DNA from: Octopus sinensis
Lineage: Eukaryota
Direction: 5' to 3'
Assembly: GCF_006345805.1 (NCBI RefSeq)
Contig: NC_043023.1
Span: forward strand, 5,766,001 to 5,830,000
DNA length: 64,000 nucleotides
The first letter of the stretch is position 1, and every line of letters begins with the position of its first letter. Of this stretch, positions 54,765 through 64,000 are shown piece after piece. The notes beneath the pieces are model-generated. The model worked only from the letters and a program-made list of their open reading frames with translations, was not told the DNA's origin and did not search any database. A program made the position numbers and the translations under genes.

Positions 54765-55154
54765 GTATTGGAAGCACTCCGTCGCTTACGACGATGAGGG
54801 TTCCGGTTGATCCAAATCAATGGAACAGCCTGCTCGTGAAATTAACGTGTAAGTGGCTGAGCACTCCACAGACACGTGCACCCTTAACATAGTTCTCGGG
54901 GATATTCAGCGTGACACTGAGAGTGACAAGGCCGGCCCCTTTGAAATACAGGTACAACAGAAACAGAAGTAAGAGTGAGAGAAAGTTTGTGGTGAAAGAG
55001 TACAGCAGGGATCACCACCATCCCCTGCCGGAGCCTTGTGGAGCTTTAGGTGTTTTCGCTCAATAAACACTCACAACGCCCGGTCTGGGAATCGAAACCG
55101 CGATCCTATGACCGCGAGTCCGCTGCCCTAACCACTGGGCCATTGCGCCTCCAC
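54765..55154 (-). mobile_element. tRNA-derived SINE family E; second copy at about 56790-57109
   Basis: Minus-strand head gtggaggcgcaatggcccagtggttagggcagcggac...ggtttcgattccc (A and B boxes). Confidence 0.85.
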
Positions 55155-55399
55155 GTTCTATATATAACATTCTTATGTCTTTGGTGGTGTATATATAACA
55201 TTCCTATGTCTCCGGTGTTCTATACAAGATCCCGCATACCAGTCTATGCTGTTGTCATCCTTTGCATACTTGGATTTGTAGTCATCCTTCTCATAATCTG
55301 CTTCTTCATATACAGATACAACCCTTTTTTACATCCATACTCAAACAATCCCTGCCTGTTCCCATCATCTCTGTCTTTTTCCATCTCTTCTACAACCAG

Positions 55400-55770
55400 G
55401 TATACTTGGAAAAAAGACCTGCAGGACTTCAATCCAGCTGGCAACGATGACCGTATCGTCAAGCTACCAAACGAGGGAACACTTGTGTTCAACCGACCCG
55501 AACAGAAAGACGTCGGAATGTATCAGTGTTTTGCAAACAACTCCCATGGGACTGCCATGTCGGTTGTCTTTGATTTGCGTCGTGCCTACCTCCAACAGTA
55601 CCCTAATCAGGATCCAATATATTATTCAAGAAGACCTGGAGCAGTTCTAAAACTCCCTTGTAATAAACCTAGCAGTTTCCCTGATGCCAAGATGATGTGG
55701 GTATTGAAAGAGAAAAATGGACAATTTGAAGGCATTGATTTTAGTCAACGAATCACAATGGATCATGAAG
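55400..55770 (+). CDS. Nrg: Neuroglian-like exon, Ig1 C-terminal half plus Ig2 N-terminal part
   Basis: Acceptor ccag; reads YTWKKD...EGTLVFNRPEQKDVGMYQCFANNSHGTAMS...LKLPCNKPSSFPDAKMMWV...QRITMDHE; donor G|GTAAGT. The D-x-G-x-Y-Q-C-F-A-x-N-x-x-G-T-A-x-S and R-I-T-M-D motifs are typical of the L1 family. Confidence 0.93.
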
Positions 55771-56151
55771 GTAAGTGTAGTCTTCCCACCATGGCCATCA
55801 CTACTATTGCTAGTGCTACTACTACTACTTCTTCCTTGATGTGCTTGTCAGTGTGTGTGTGTGTGTGTGTGTGTGTTCTTGCTGTTGTTTATCCCAGGGC
55901 ACTTTTCATCAAGTAGACTTATGATCAAAACTGTTCCAGCTGCGACCACCCCATCTTTTATTCAGGCATAGTGTATCCAGGGCTACATTATCTAATGTCC
56001 AGTATAGTAGATAGTATTAGTGGCTGTTGTTGTTTAGCCCCAGGTCAACCTTTGATCCAGTAGAACCATGAGCAAAGTTGTTCCAACTATGACCATCCCA
56101 TCATTTATTCAGACATAATGTATCTAGGACTACATTATCTAATGTATCATA

Positions 56152-56498
56152 TGAGGAGGAGGAGACCCCTTCGGTCATGAATGACCATGGGATTGCACCT
56201 AGAAAGTTACCCTCCCAGGCACAAGTTTGGGCAAGGTGGTTTGTGGAAGGCCAGCAGTCGCCCATGGATACCAGCCTCCTCTCTCCACGCCACCAGTGTT
56301 ATCCAAGGGAAAGGCAAAGGGGCCGATACAGCTTGGCACCAGTGATGTTGCAACTCATTTCTACAGCTGAGTGAACTGGAGCAACGTGAAATAAAGTGTC
56401 TTGCTCAAGAACACAACACGCAGCCCGGTCCGGGATTCGAACTCACAACCTCACGATCATAAGCTCAACGCTCTAACCACTGAGCCATGCGCCTTCAC
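56152..56498 (-). mobile_element. tRNA-derived SINE family D with an 11-bp TSD (AATGTATCATA)
   Basis: Minus-strand head ggcgcatggctcagtggttagagcg...gagttcgaatccc. The identical 11-mer occurs at 56141-56151 and 56499-56509. Confidence 0.9.
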
Positions 56499-57573
56499 AA
56501 TGTATCATAGTAGTTGATAATAGTAGCTACAGTTGTTTAGCCCCAGGACAGTCCTGATCCAGTAGACCTATGATCAAAGATGTTCCTGGTGTATCTTGAT
56601 GTGACCATCCCAATTGTTATTCACTCATAATATATTTAGGACTACATTATCTAATGAGCTATAGTTGTTTAGCTCCAGGTCAGTCATAATCCAGTAGAGC
56701 TACGGTAAAAAGTGTTCCAGCTGTGACCATCCCATCTTATATTCATACATAGTTTATCTAGGACTACATTACCAAATGTATAGTATTTTATTTATTTATG
56801 CACCCTTTTCAAGCCTATCCAGGCTCATGGGCCCAGTTTCCCCGGTTTCTGTGGTGTATGTGTCCCCACCCCACCCCAGCTGGACGGGACGTTAGTCTAT
56901 CGCAGTGTCACTCAAGAAACAGGAAAAAAAAAGAGAGAAAGTTGGGGCGAAAGAGTACAACTGGGGTTGCCACCACCCCCTGCCGGAGACTTGTGGCGCT
57001 TTAGGTGTTTTTGCTCAATAAACACACACAACGCCAGGTCTGCGAATCAAAACCGCAATCCCCCAACAGCGAATCCGCTGCCCTAACCACAGGGCCATTG
57101 CGCCTCCACTTTGAGATTGAACCTGGTGACACTGCTCTATTTCCCAGAAGACAAAGCTTTGCATCTACAATGCATCGACCTTCTCAAATACCTTGGCAAA
57201 GAGGATTGACAGCTTAGATAGCAGAGCCCTGAGAACCATCTAGAAGATCAGATGGTACCAGCGCGTTTTCAACAAAGAACTGAATGCACACATGCATCAG
57301 CCTGCAGCCTCATCGAAGTAAAAGATAAAGATATATGTATGTATTCATATATGAGAAATAGTAGAAAACTGAATTACATACTTGGATTGAAACTTTCATT
57401 GGTGATGCTCCAGCATGGTCAGTGCAGTGACTGAAATTCACAAATTCATAGAAGAATCCTTCCATGAATTTTGGCTTTGCACATGTCAACTATTTAAAGT
57501 CTTAACATGTTTAAAATTTTGCCTGATGATGGTGGATTCTATATTTGGATGTAATCCTTTACAAAGGCATTAA

Positions 57574-57793
57574 CCCTTTAGCATTCAGATTAATCTGTCA
57601 AATGTAAAGCCTCTTTAATCACATTGTTTTAAATTAATTGTACAGCATCTTGTAACTCTGAGAATTTGATGATGTCCCTGTTTATTTTTAGAATGACTTT
57701 GTAGGGTAGGTGTGAGAGGTCAGAGCTGGTTGGTTTGAGCATAAAACAGAAGGACAAATTTGGCTTGATATGGCCGGTTTAAACACTAAAGGG
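57574..57793. mobile_element. piggyBac-type MITE with a TTAA target-site duplication
   Basis: TTAA-CCCTTTAG...CTAAAGGG-TTAA. The paralogous empty site near 61190 has a single TTAA. Confidence 0.9.
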
Positions 57794-58382
57794 TTAAATA
57801 AAATTCTACCGAAACAACTGTTGTATATTTTAAACACCTTGCAATTATCCATCCCTTTCTCTAATGATCTCTCTCTCTATTTCTCTCTCTCCACCACCAC
57901 CATTACATGTTTCTCTCTTTCTCAATTGCTAACAGAAAAGCTTAAAATCTATTCACTTATCACCATCATTACCATATCTCTACTGGTGGCACGTAAAAAG
58001 CACCATCCGAATCGTGGCCGAAGCCAGTGCCGCCTCGACTGGCTTCCGTGCCGGTGGCATGTAAAATGCACCAATCCGACCGTGGCCAATGCCTGGCACC
58101 TGTCCAGGTGGCACGTAAAAAGCACCCACTACGCTCACGGAGTGGTTGGCATTAGGAAGGGCATCCAGTTGTAGAAAGACTGCCAGATAAGACTGGAGCC
58201 TGGTGCAGCCTCCTGGCTTCCCAGATCCTCGGTCGAACCGTCCAACCCATGCAAGCATGGAGAACGGACGTTAAACGATGATGATGATGATGATTACCCC
58301 TCACCCACCGTCTGTATCTTCCTTTATCCCTTCTCTCTTTCTACCATTACAACATGTTTTTCTCTCTCTTTTCCTTTTTCAG

Positions 58383-58511
58383 ACAACCTGATCTTCACTA
58401 ATGTATTATCAAGTGATGGCCACAAAGACATCGCCTATGCTTGCATGGCTACCAACAAATTTGTACGGCAGAACACACAAGGCAGATCTAACTATTTGAC
58501 TGTTCAAGACA
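58383..58511 (+). CDS. Nrg: Neuroglian-like exon, Ig2 C-terminal part
   Basis: Long pyrimidine tract then ag; reads DNLIFTNVLSSDGHKDIAYACMATNKFVRQNTQGRSNYLTVQD, resembling Drosophila Nrg GNLWFSNV...YYACSATSVF; donor A|GTAAGT, phase 1. Confidence 0.92.
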
Positions 58512-58606
58512 GTAAGTTTCCATCCTCTTCAATTTCATTTCTATATGAATCCATGGGTCTTGCTATTAAAAGGGTTTAGGAAGATATTTAATGTCTTAAC
58601 CCTTAA

Positions 58607-58825
58607 CCCTTTAGTGTTCAGATTACTCTGTTAAATGTAATACTTTCCCACTCAGATGTTTTGAATTAATCATGCATTATGTTATATCTTTGAGGTTTGA
58701 ATGATGTGATTGTTTATATTTAGAATGACATTGTCAGGTAGGTGTGAGAGGCCAGATATTGCCAGTTTGAATATAAAACATGTAGAATATCTGGGCCAGA
58801 TATGGCCGGTTTAAACACTAAAGGG
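58607..58825. mobile_element. piggyBac-type MITE, second copy
   Basis: TTAA-CCCTTTAG...CTAAAGGG-TTAA with a homologous interior. Reverse-orientation fragments lie at about 32060-32295. Confidence 0.88.
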
Positions 58826-58924
58826 TTAAAAGACATTTCTTGGACCTTTTCTGTTTTGCTCACACTCTTTGAAATTTTAGAATTGGGACACTTGTGAAGA
58901 CCTGTTGAGGCAAGTGGTACCAGC

Positions 58925-59555
58925 GCCGGTGGCACATAAGAAAACCATCTGAACGTGGCCGTAGCCAGTACCGCATCGACTGGCCTCCGTGCTGTGGGCA
59001 CGTAAAAAACACCATCCGAGCGTGGCCGTTCGCCAACCTCGTCTGGCACCTGTGTCAGTGGCACATAAAAAACACCATCCGAGCGTGGCCGTTCGCCAGC
59101 CTCGTCTGGCACCTGTGTCAGTGGCACATAAAAAACACCATCTGAGCGTGGCCATTCGCCAGCCTCGTCTGGCACCTGTGTCAGTAGCACATAAAAAACA
59201 CCATCCGAGCATGGCCGTTCGCCAACCTCGTCTGGCACCTGTGTCAGTGGCACATAAAAAACACCATCCGAGCGTGGCCGTTCGCCAACCTCGTCTGACA
59301 CCTGTGTCAGTGGCACATAAAAAACACCATCCGAGCGTGGCCGTTCGCCAGCCTCGTCTGGCACCTGTGTTGGTGGCACATAAAAAGCACCCACTACACT
59401 CACGGAGTGGTTGGCGTTAGGGAGGGCATCCAACTGTAGAAACACTGCCAGATCTGACTGGAGCCTGGTGCAGCCTTCGGGCTTCCCAGACCCCAGTTGA
59501 ACCGTCCAACCCATGCTTGCATGGAAAGCGGACGCTAAACGATGATGATGATGAT
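58925..59555 (+). mobile_element. Retroposon family C (RTE-like tail ...cccatgctagcatggaaagcggacgttaaacgatgatgatg) with about 7-8 tandem 63-bp modules
   Basis: The module gtggcacataaaaaacaccatccgagcgtggccgttcgccagcctcgtctggcacctgtgtca recurs at 59058, 59121 and onward. Other copies lie at about 1355-1540, 25610-25895, 46330-46760, 52315-52635, 54385-54742 and 57985-58292. Confidence 0.88.
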
Positions 59556-60274
59556 GAATATTTCTAAATTTGGTATATTGATGGCAATGACTAATGACCG
59601 AGACCTTTGGAAGTATGCTGTGCGTGAGATGACCCGGCAGGACAAGTGAGACCATAACTTTGGATACTGGTAGAATGTGTCATATAAAACATCTTTTTCT
59701 CTTTGCATTTTTGGGAAAAGTTTATATTTTCAAAGTTATTTTGTGTTAAAGTTGTCGCATTTCGGTAATTTCAACCAATCAATGACGTGTATTCAGCTGA
59801 ATAAAATTACTGCTGTTGTTTGTCAACAACAACTTCTGGCAGTGCATATTTTGTTTGTCACTGTTTTAGGGTTAGGCCTAGGGTTTTAAGGGTTAAGGTT
59901 TTAGGGTTAGGATTTTAGAGTTAGGGTTGGGATTTTAGGGTTAGAGTTATGGAAAAAAGTGAAAAATGAAGAAATTGGAGGGGAAGTGGAGTAGGGGCAA
60001 AAAAGTCTTTCCGAAAATAGTAGCTGAAAAACAGGGAAAAAAACTAAAAGCAGTAGAAATGCACGAACGATTATGGTGGTGTGATGAAGTAAACATGCTT
60101 CAAATAGACTCATTTATTCATACAAACGTGACTGAGATGAAATATGTCATAAATATGAAGGCAGGTGAACAGCCTTCAAAGGTTTTGGTCAGCAGAGACT
60201 GGTAGTTTAATCAAAATAAAACTGCAAAGTTTTATCTTAAATTGTATTTAGTTATTCATTTCATACACTTACAT

Positions 60275-60850
60275 GTGTGGCACCTTGGGCAAGTGTCTTC
60301 TACTATAGCCTCGGGCCGACCAAAGCCATGTGAGTGGATTTGGTAGATGGAAACTGAAAGAAGCCCATCGTATATATGCTAAGGCGGCGAGCTGGCAGAA
60401 ACGTTAGCACGCCGGATGAAATACTTAGCGGTATTTCATCTGCCGTTATGGTCTGAGTTCAAATTCCGCCGAGGTCGACTTTGCCTTTCATCCTTTCGGG
60501 GTCGATAAATTAAGTACCTGTTACGCACTGGGGTCGATATAATCGACTTAATCCATTTGTCTGCCCATGTTTGTCCTCTCTGTGTTTAGCCCCTTGTGGG
60601 TAGTAAAGAAATATATATACATATATATGTATGTGTGTGTATATGTTTGCGTGTCTGTGTTTTTCCCCCAAACATCGCATGACAACTGATGCTGGTGTGT
60701 TTAGGTGCCCGTAACTTAGCGGTTTGTCAAAAGAGACCGATAGAATAAGTACTAGGCTTACAAAGAATAAGTTCTGGGGTCGATTTGCTCGACTAAAGGC
60801 GGTGCTCCAGCATGGCCACAGTCAAATGACTGAAACAAGTAAAAGAGTAT
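60275..60850 (+). mobile_element. SINE family A with a family B SINE (about 60382-60612) nested in its AT tract
   Basis: The A head and the A tail flank a complete B copy. Confidence 0.88.
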
Positions 60851-61263
60851 ATATATATATATGAAATTGGATATTAAACACTAAAATTTTTTCAAGGAGG
60901 TGCCCCAGCATGGTCACAGCCTAACAACTAAAACAAGTAAAAGATAAAGATATATGTATGTATTCATATATGAGAAATAGTAGAAAACTGAATTACATAC
61001 TTCGGTTGAAACTTTCATTGGTGATGCTCCAGCATGGTCAGTGCAGTGACTGTTCACAAATTCATAGAAGAATCCTTTCATAGATTTTGGCTTTGTACAA
61101 GTCAACTATTTAAAGTCTTGACATGTTTAAAATTTTGCCTGATGATGGTGGATTCTATATTTGGATGTAATCCTTTACAAAGGCATTAAATAAAATTCTA
61201 CCAAAACAACTGTTGTATATTTTAAACACCATGTATTCATGTTAACATATATATTTGTGTTTT

Positions 61264-61322
<59 letters not shown>

Positions 61323-61520
61323 TTATATATATTAAAGTAGATAAATGGTACAACAAGGCACCAATATTTACTGGAAAATAGCAATCGTAATAAATTCGAC
61401 GCTATTGTATAGCTTCACTCCGTATATACTAGCAAAGACGTGTGTGTGCAACAAACATGAAAAAAATTTGTCTTACCTCTAGGAAGAACATCTGATAAAT
61501 GGACAACCTAGAATCGGATA

Positions 61521-61591
61521 ATGCAGGACCGGTTTCTGACGCTTCAAATATGTTTGACAACGTAAATTTGATTAGTCTTCATCAGCTGCAT
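61521..61591 (-). ncRNA. Minimal type-I hammerhead ribozyme motif (Penelope type)
   Basis: Minus strand: ATGCAG-CTGATGA-AGAC[loop]GTCA-GAAA-CCGG-TC^CTGCAT. It has a perfect 6-bp stem I, a palindromic stem III and a GUC site. Confidence 0.72.
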
Positions 61592-61838
61592 TTACCTAGA
61601 CAAAATTTCAAATGTTGCCACATCTATGCCAGTACACTCGTCTGAACACCAAAACGTTAACAGAACGAGAACAGTGAAGAAGTTTCAATGAAAATAATAA
61701 TGCAATACAAATGTTTTACTTTCCATAAGGGTAAAATTATATATATAAAATTAGATAAATGGTACAACAAGGCACCAATATTTACTGGAAAATAGCAATC
61801 GTAATAAATACGACGATTTATATTGCATTATTATTTTC

Positions 61839-61870
<32 letters not shown>

Positions 61871-61968
61871 TAAAATATATATATATACATATATATATAT
61901 GTAGGTCCCGGGTTGAGTCGGGGTTAACCACAGTAAATAAGGTACTCAATACATAGCAGAGTAAATTA

Positions 61969-62088
61969 ATTTATTTTATAGAAGGAGCTTCTACAGGACT
62001 AGAACTGTTTCATTCAAATGAAATCATCGATGATTTCATTTGAATGAAACAGTTCTAGTCCTGTAGAAGCTCCTTCTATAAAATAAAT
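61969..62088. repeat. Perfect 120-bp palindrome with no spacer
   Basis: Centred on 62028/62029 (CATC|GATG); the arms pair base for base out to 61969/62088. Confidence 0.95.
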
Positions 62089-62306
62089 ATACATATATAT
62101 ATATATATACATATAAAGTTAATCCAAACAAGAAAACACAAAAAAAACACAGCAACGCGAGGACGTGGAACAAATAAAGTATTATTGGACACTCAGGAAA
62201 GAAGGGAAGAAGGAGGGTTTAACGTTTCGAGCGGAGCTCTTCTTCGGAAACATAGGAGAAGGGAAGACAGGGGAAAAGAAATCGCTGGCAGTACTCACAA
62301 GGTCAC

Positions 62307-62479
62307 AGAGGAATGGCCACTAAAGTGGACACCCTATATTCTAAATATAGACGTCAAACCATCATTACCACGAAGAATGTGTTCTCAAGAAAAAATCTTG
62401 AGAACACATTCTTCATGATAATGACGATTTGACGTCTATGTTTAGCATATAGGGTGTCCACTTTAGTGGTCATTCCTCT
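62307..62479. repeat. Imperfect palindrome with 84-bp arms and a 5-nt A loop
   Basis: agaggaatggccactaaagtggacaccc...ttctcaaga AAAAA tcttgagaac...gggtgtccactttagtggtcattcctct. Confidence 0.92.
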
Positions 62480-62680
62480 TAATTTTGTATGTAACACAAT
62501 TGTTTAATCTTCGGAATTTTTAAATATGCTAAGCCACTGGTTTTAATTGATTTATTATTTAATTATATATATATGCATGGCGGTGCCCCAGCATGGCCAC
62601 AGCTCATGAGCTGAAACTAGATAAAATAAAATATATACACACACACATATTTATACACATATCTTTATTTTTCTTTTCAG

Positions 62681-62783
62681 TGCAACCAGAAGATTACGAA
62701 CCCTATCTCATCATTGGTACCCCTAATGAGATGACCTTTCTCAAGGGTCAGTCTGTGAACTTGAAATGTATATTCGGAGGACA
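62681..62783 (+). CDS. Nrg: Neuroglian-like exon, Ig3 N-terminal half
   Basis: Acceptor ttttcag; reads MQPEDYEPYLIIGTPNEMTFLKGQSVNLKCIFGG (the CIFGG motif of L1-family Ig3); donor CA|GTGAGT, phase 2. Confidence 0.92.
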
Positions 62784-63009
62784 GTGAGTTTAATTCTACA
62801 TTCTCTTGGTCCCATGGACCTGCTCAGCCTCCCTCCCCACCACTCATTCCTATTTATTTGTTTCATACAATTTTAATCTGCAAATTTTTTTTACATTTAA
62901 AGTACAAGCATAACTGCACAATTAAGAATCTTGCTTTGTCGCCATGGCAATCATCTTCAATAGCTCTTGCTAACCAATACTTTGCAAGTGGATTTAGTAG
63001 AAGAAAAAG

Positions 63010-63636
63010 GTGGCAAGCTGGCAGAATCGTTAGCACGCCGGCTGAAATGCTTAGTGGTATTTTGTCTGCCACTACATTCTGAGTTCAAATTCCGCCGAGG
63101 TCGACTTTGCCTTTCATCCTTTCGGGGTCGATAAATTAAGTACCAGTTACACACTGGGGTGGATGTAATCGACTTATTCCCTTTGTCTGTCCTTGTTTGT
63201 CCCCTCTGTTTATCCCCTTGTGGGCAATAAAGAAATAAGAAATGTTAGCATGCTGAATGAAATGCTTAGCAGTATTTCGTCTGCCCCTACGTTCTGAGTT
63301 CAAATTCTGCTGAGGTCAACTTTGTCTTTCATCCTTTCGGGGTCGATAAATTAAGTACCAGTTACGCACTGGGGTCGATATAATCGACTTAATCCCTTTG
63401 TCTGTCTTTGTTTGTCCTTTCTGTCTTTAGCCCCTTGTGGGTAGTAAAGAAATAGGTATTTTGTCTGCCGCTACGTTCTGAGTTCAAATTCCGCCGAGGT
63501 CAACTTTGCCTTTCATCCTTTCGGGGTCGATAAATTAAGTACCAGTTACGCACTGGGGTCGATGTAATCGACTTAATCCATTTGTCTGTCCTTGTTTGTC
63601 CTATGTGTGTTTAGCCCCTTGTGGGCAGTAAAGAAA
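63010..63636 (+). mobile_element. SINE family B trimer (intronic)
   Basis: Three head-to-tail units. A dimer also lies at about 16450-16820 (-), and monomers at about 1880-2080, 12562-12735, 18570-18780 and 35415-35578. Confidence 0.9.
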
Positions 63637-63733
63637 AAAGTAATTATAATGGTATTAATGTGGCTTTTATTGATTAAAAGTGTCAAACAAATCTCTCACT
63701 TCCAACTCTTCATATCTTATTTCTCATTTTCAG

Positions 63734-63927
63734 TCCAACACCAGAGGTGAGATGGTCCCGAGATGGTAAACCAATACAACCGGATACAAGAATCAAATTT
63801 GCCAGCTTTGGTCTTGAGCTGAAAATTCCAAGTGCTGAGTTTGTAGATGCGGGTAACTATGAATGCAGTGCACAAGCAACAGGCTCCAGCTTCAAACCAC
63901 AACACGTCATAAAAGTAAAAATTCATT
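63734..63927 (+). CDS. Nrg: Neuroglian-like exon, Ig3 C-terminal half; the gene continues beyond the window
   Basis: Acceptor ttttcag; reads HPTPEVRWSRDGKPIQPDTRIKFASFGLELKIPSAEFVDAGNYECSAQATGSSFKPQHVIKVKIH; donor T|GTGAGT, phase 1. Confidence 0.92.
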
Positions 63928-64000
63928 GTGAGTCTAAACAATTATCTTATTCTTTTACTGGTTTTATAAGCTCACAAATGGCTGTGTGGTAAGAAGTTAG

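Noticed and set aside
55050-55916. 288-aa ORF with an apparent transmembrane segment before the Ig sequence
   Set aside because: It is a read-through chimera of SINE E, intron, the real exon 55400-55770 and downstream intron. The splice sites and phases define the true exon.
54765-57109. tRNA-like sequences on the minus strand
   Set aside because: They are A/B-box heads of SINE families D and E, continuing into SINE bodies, with a TSD in one case. They do not form complete cloverleafs.
57519-57560. CTGATGA followed by a hairpin in the duplicated intronic segment (also near 61140)
   Set aside because: There is no GAAA/NUH half, so it is not a hammerhead.
58925-59390. CRISPR-like appearance of regularly spaced repeats
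   Set aside because: The units are contiguous near-identical tandem copies with no unique spacers, the context is eukaryotic, and there are no cas genes.
58720-59655. 311-aa ORF with 21-aa repeats (and overlapping ORFs on both strands)
   Set aside because: It arises from the 63-bp tandem module of retroposon family C. It is open in several frames, lies within an intron and shows no domain signal.
59865-59945. True telomere or chromosome end
   Set aside because: The run is short, degenerate and inside an intron, with normal sequence on both sides.

Overview
AT-rich, repeat-saturated eukaryotic DNA. The SINE families and the heavy (AT)n/(GA)n load suggest an octopus/coleoid cephalopod (inference). 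The only host gene I can support is the 5' part of a neuroglian/L1CAM-family cell adhesion gene on the + strand. It has six coding exons (47657-47717, 49634-49739, 55400-55770, 58383-58511, 62681-62783, 63734-63927) that splice in frame through GT-AG introns into a signal peptide plus Ig1-Ig3 (964 nt), and it continues past the window end. Everything else is intronic or intergenic. There are decayed DNA transposons (Tc1, two mariners, maT/DD37D-like, a possible Spy-like fragment), several MITEs (one piggyBac-type with a paralogous empty site), non-autonomous Helitron-like elements, RTE and CR1-type LINE tails, a dead Penelope-like element, at least five SINE families, a 5S rRNA pseudogene and long simple-repeat tracts. 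Nearly all long ORFs in the supplied track are microsatellite or SINE artefacts. The most notable observations are: (1) a dispersed set of minimal type-I hammerhead-ribozyme motifs of the Penelope type, some inside large palindromes; (2) a SINE multimer with the same junction order at two distant loci; (3) a foldback element carrying a 15-bp satellite; (4) two genomic A positions where A-to-I editing would restore family-conserved glycines in neuroglian. I see no evidence for a new protein-coding system.
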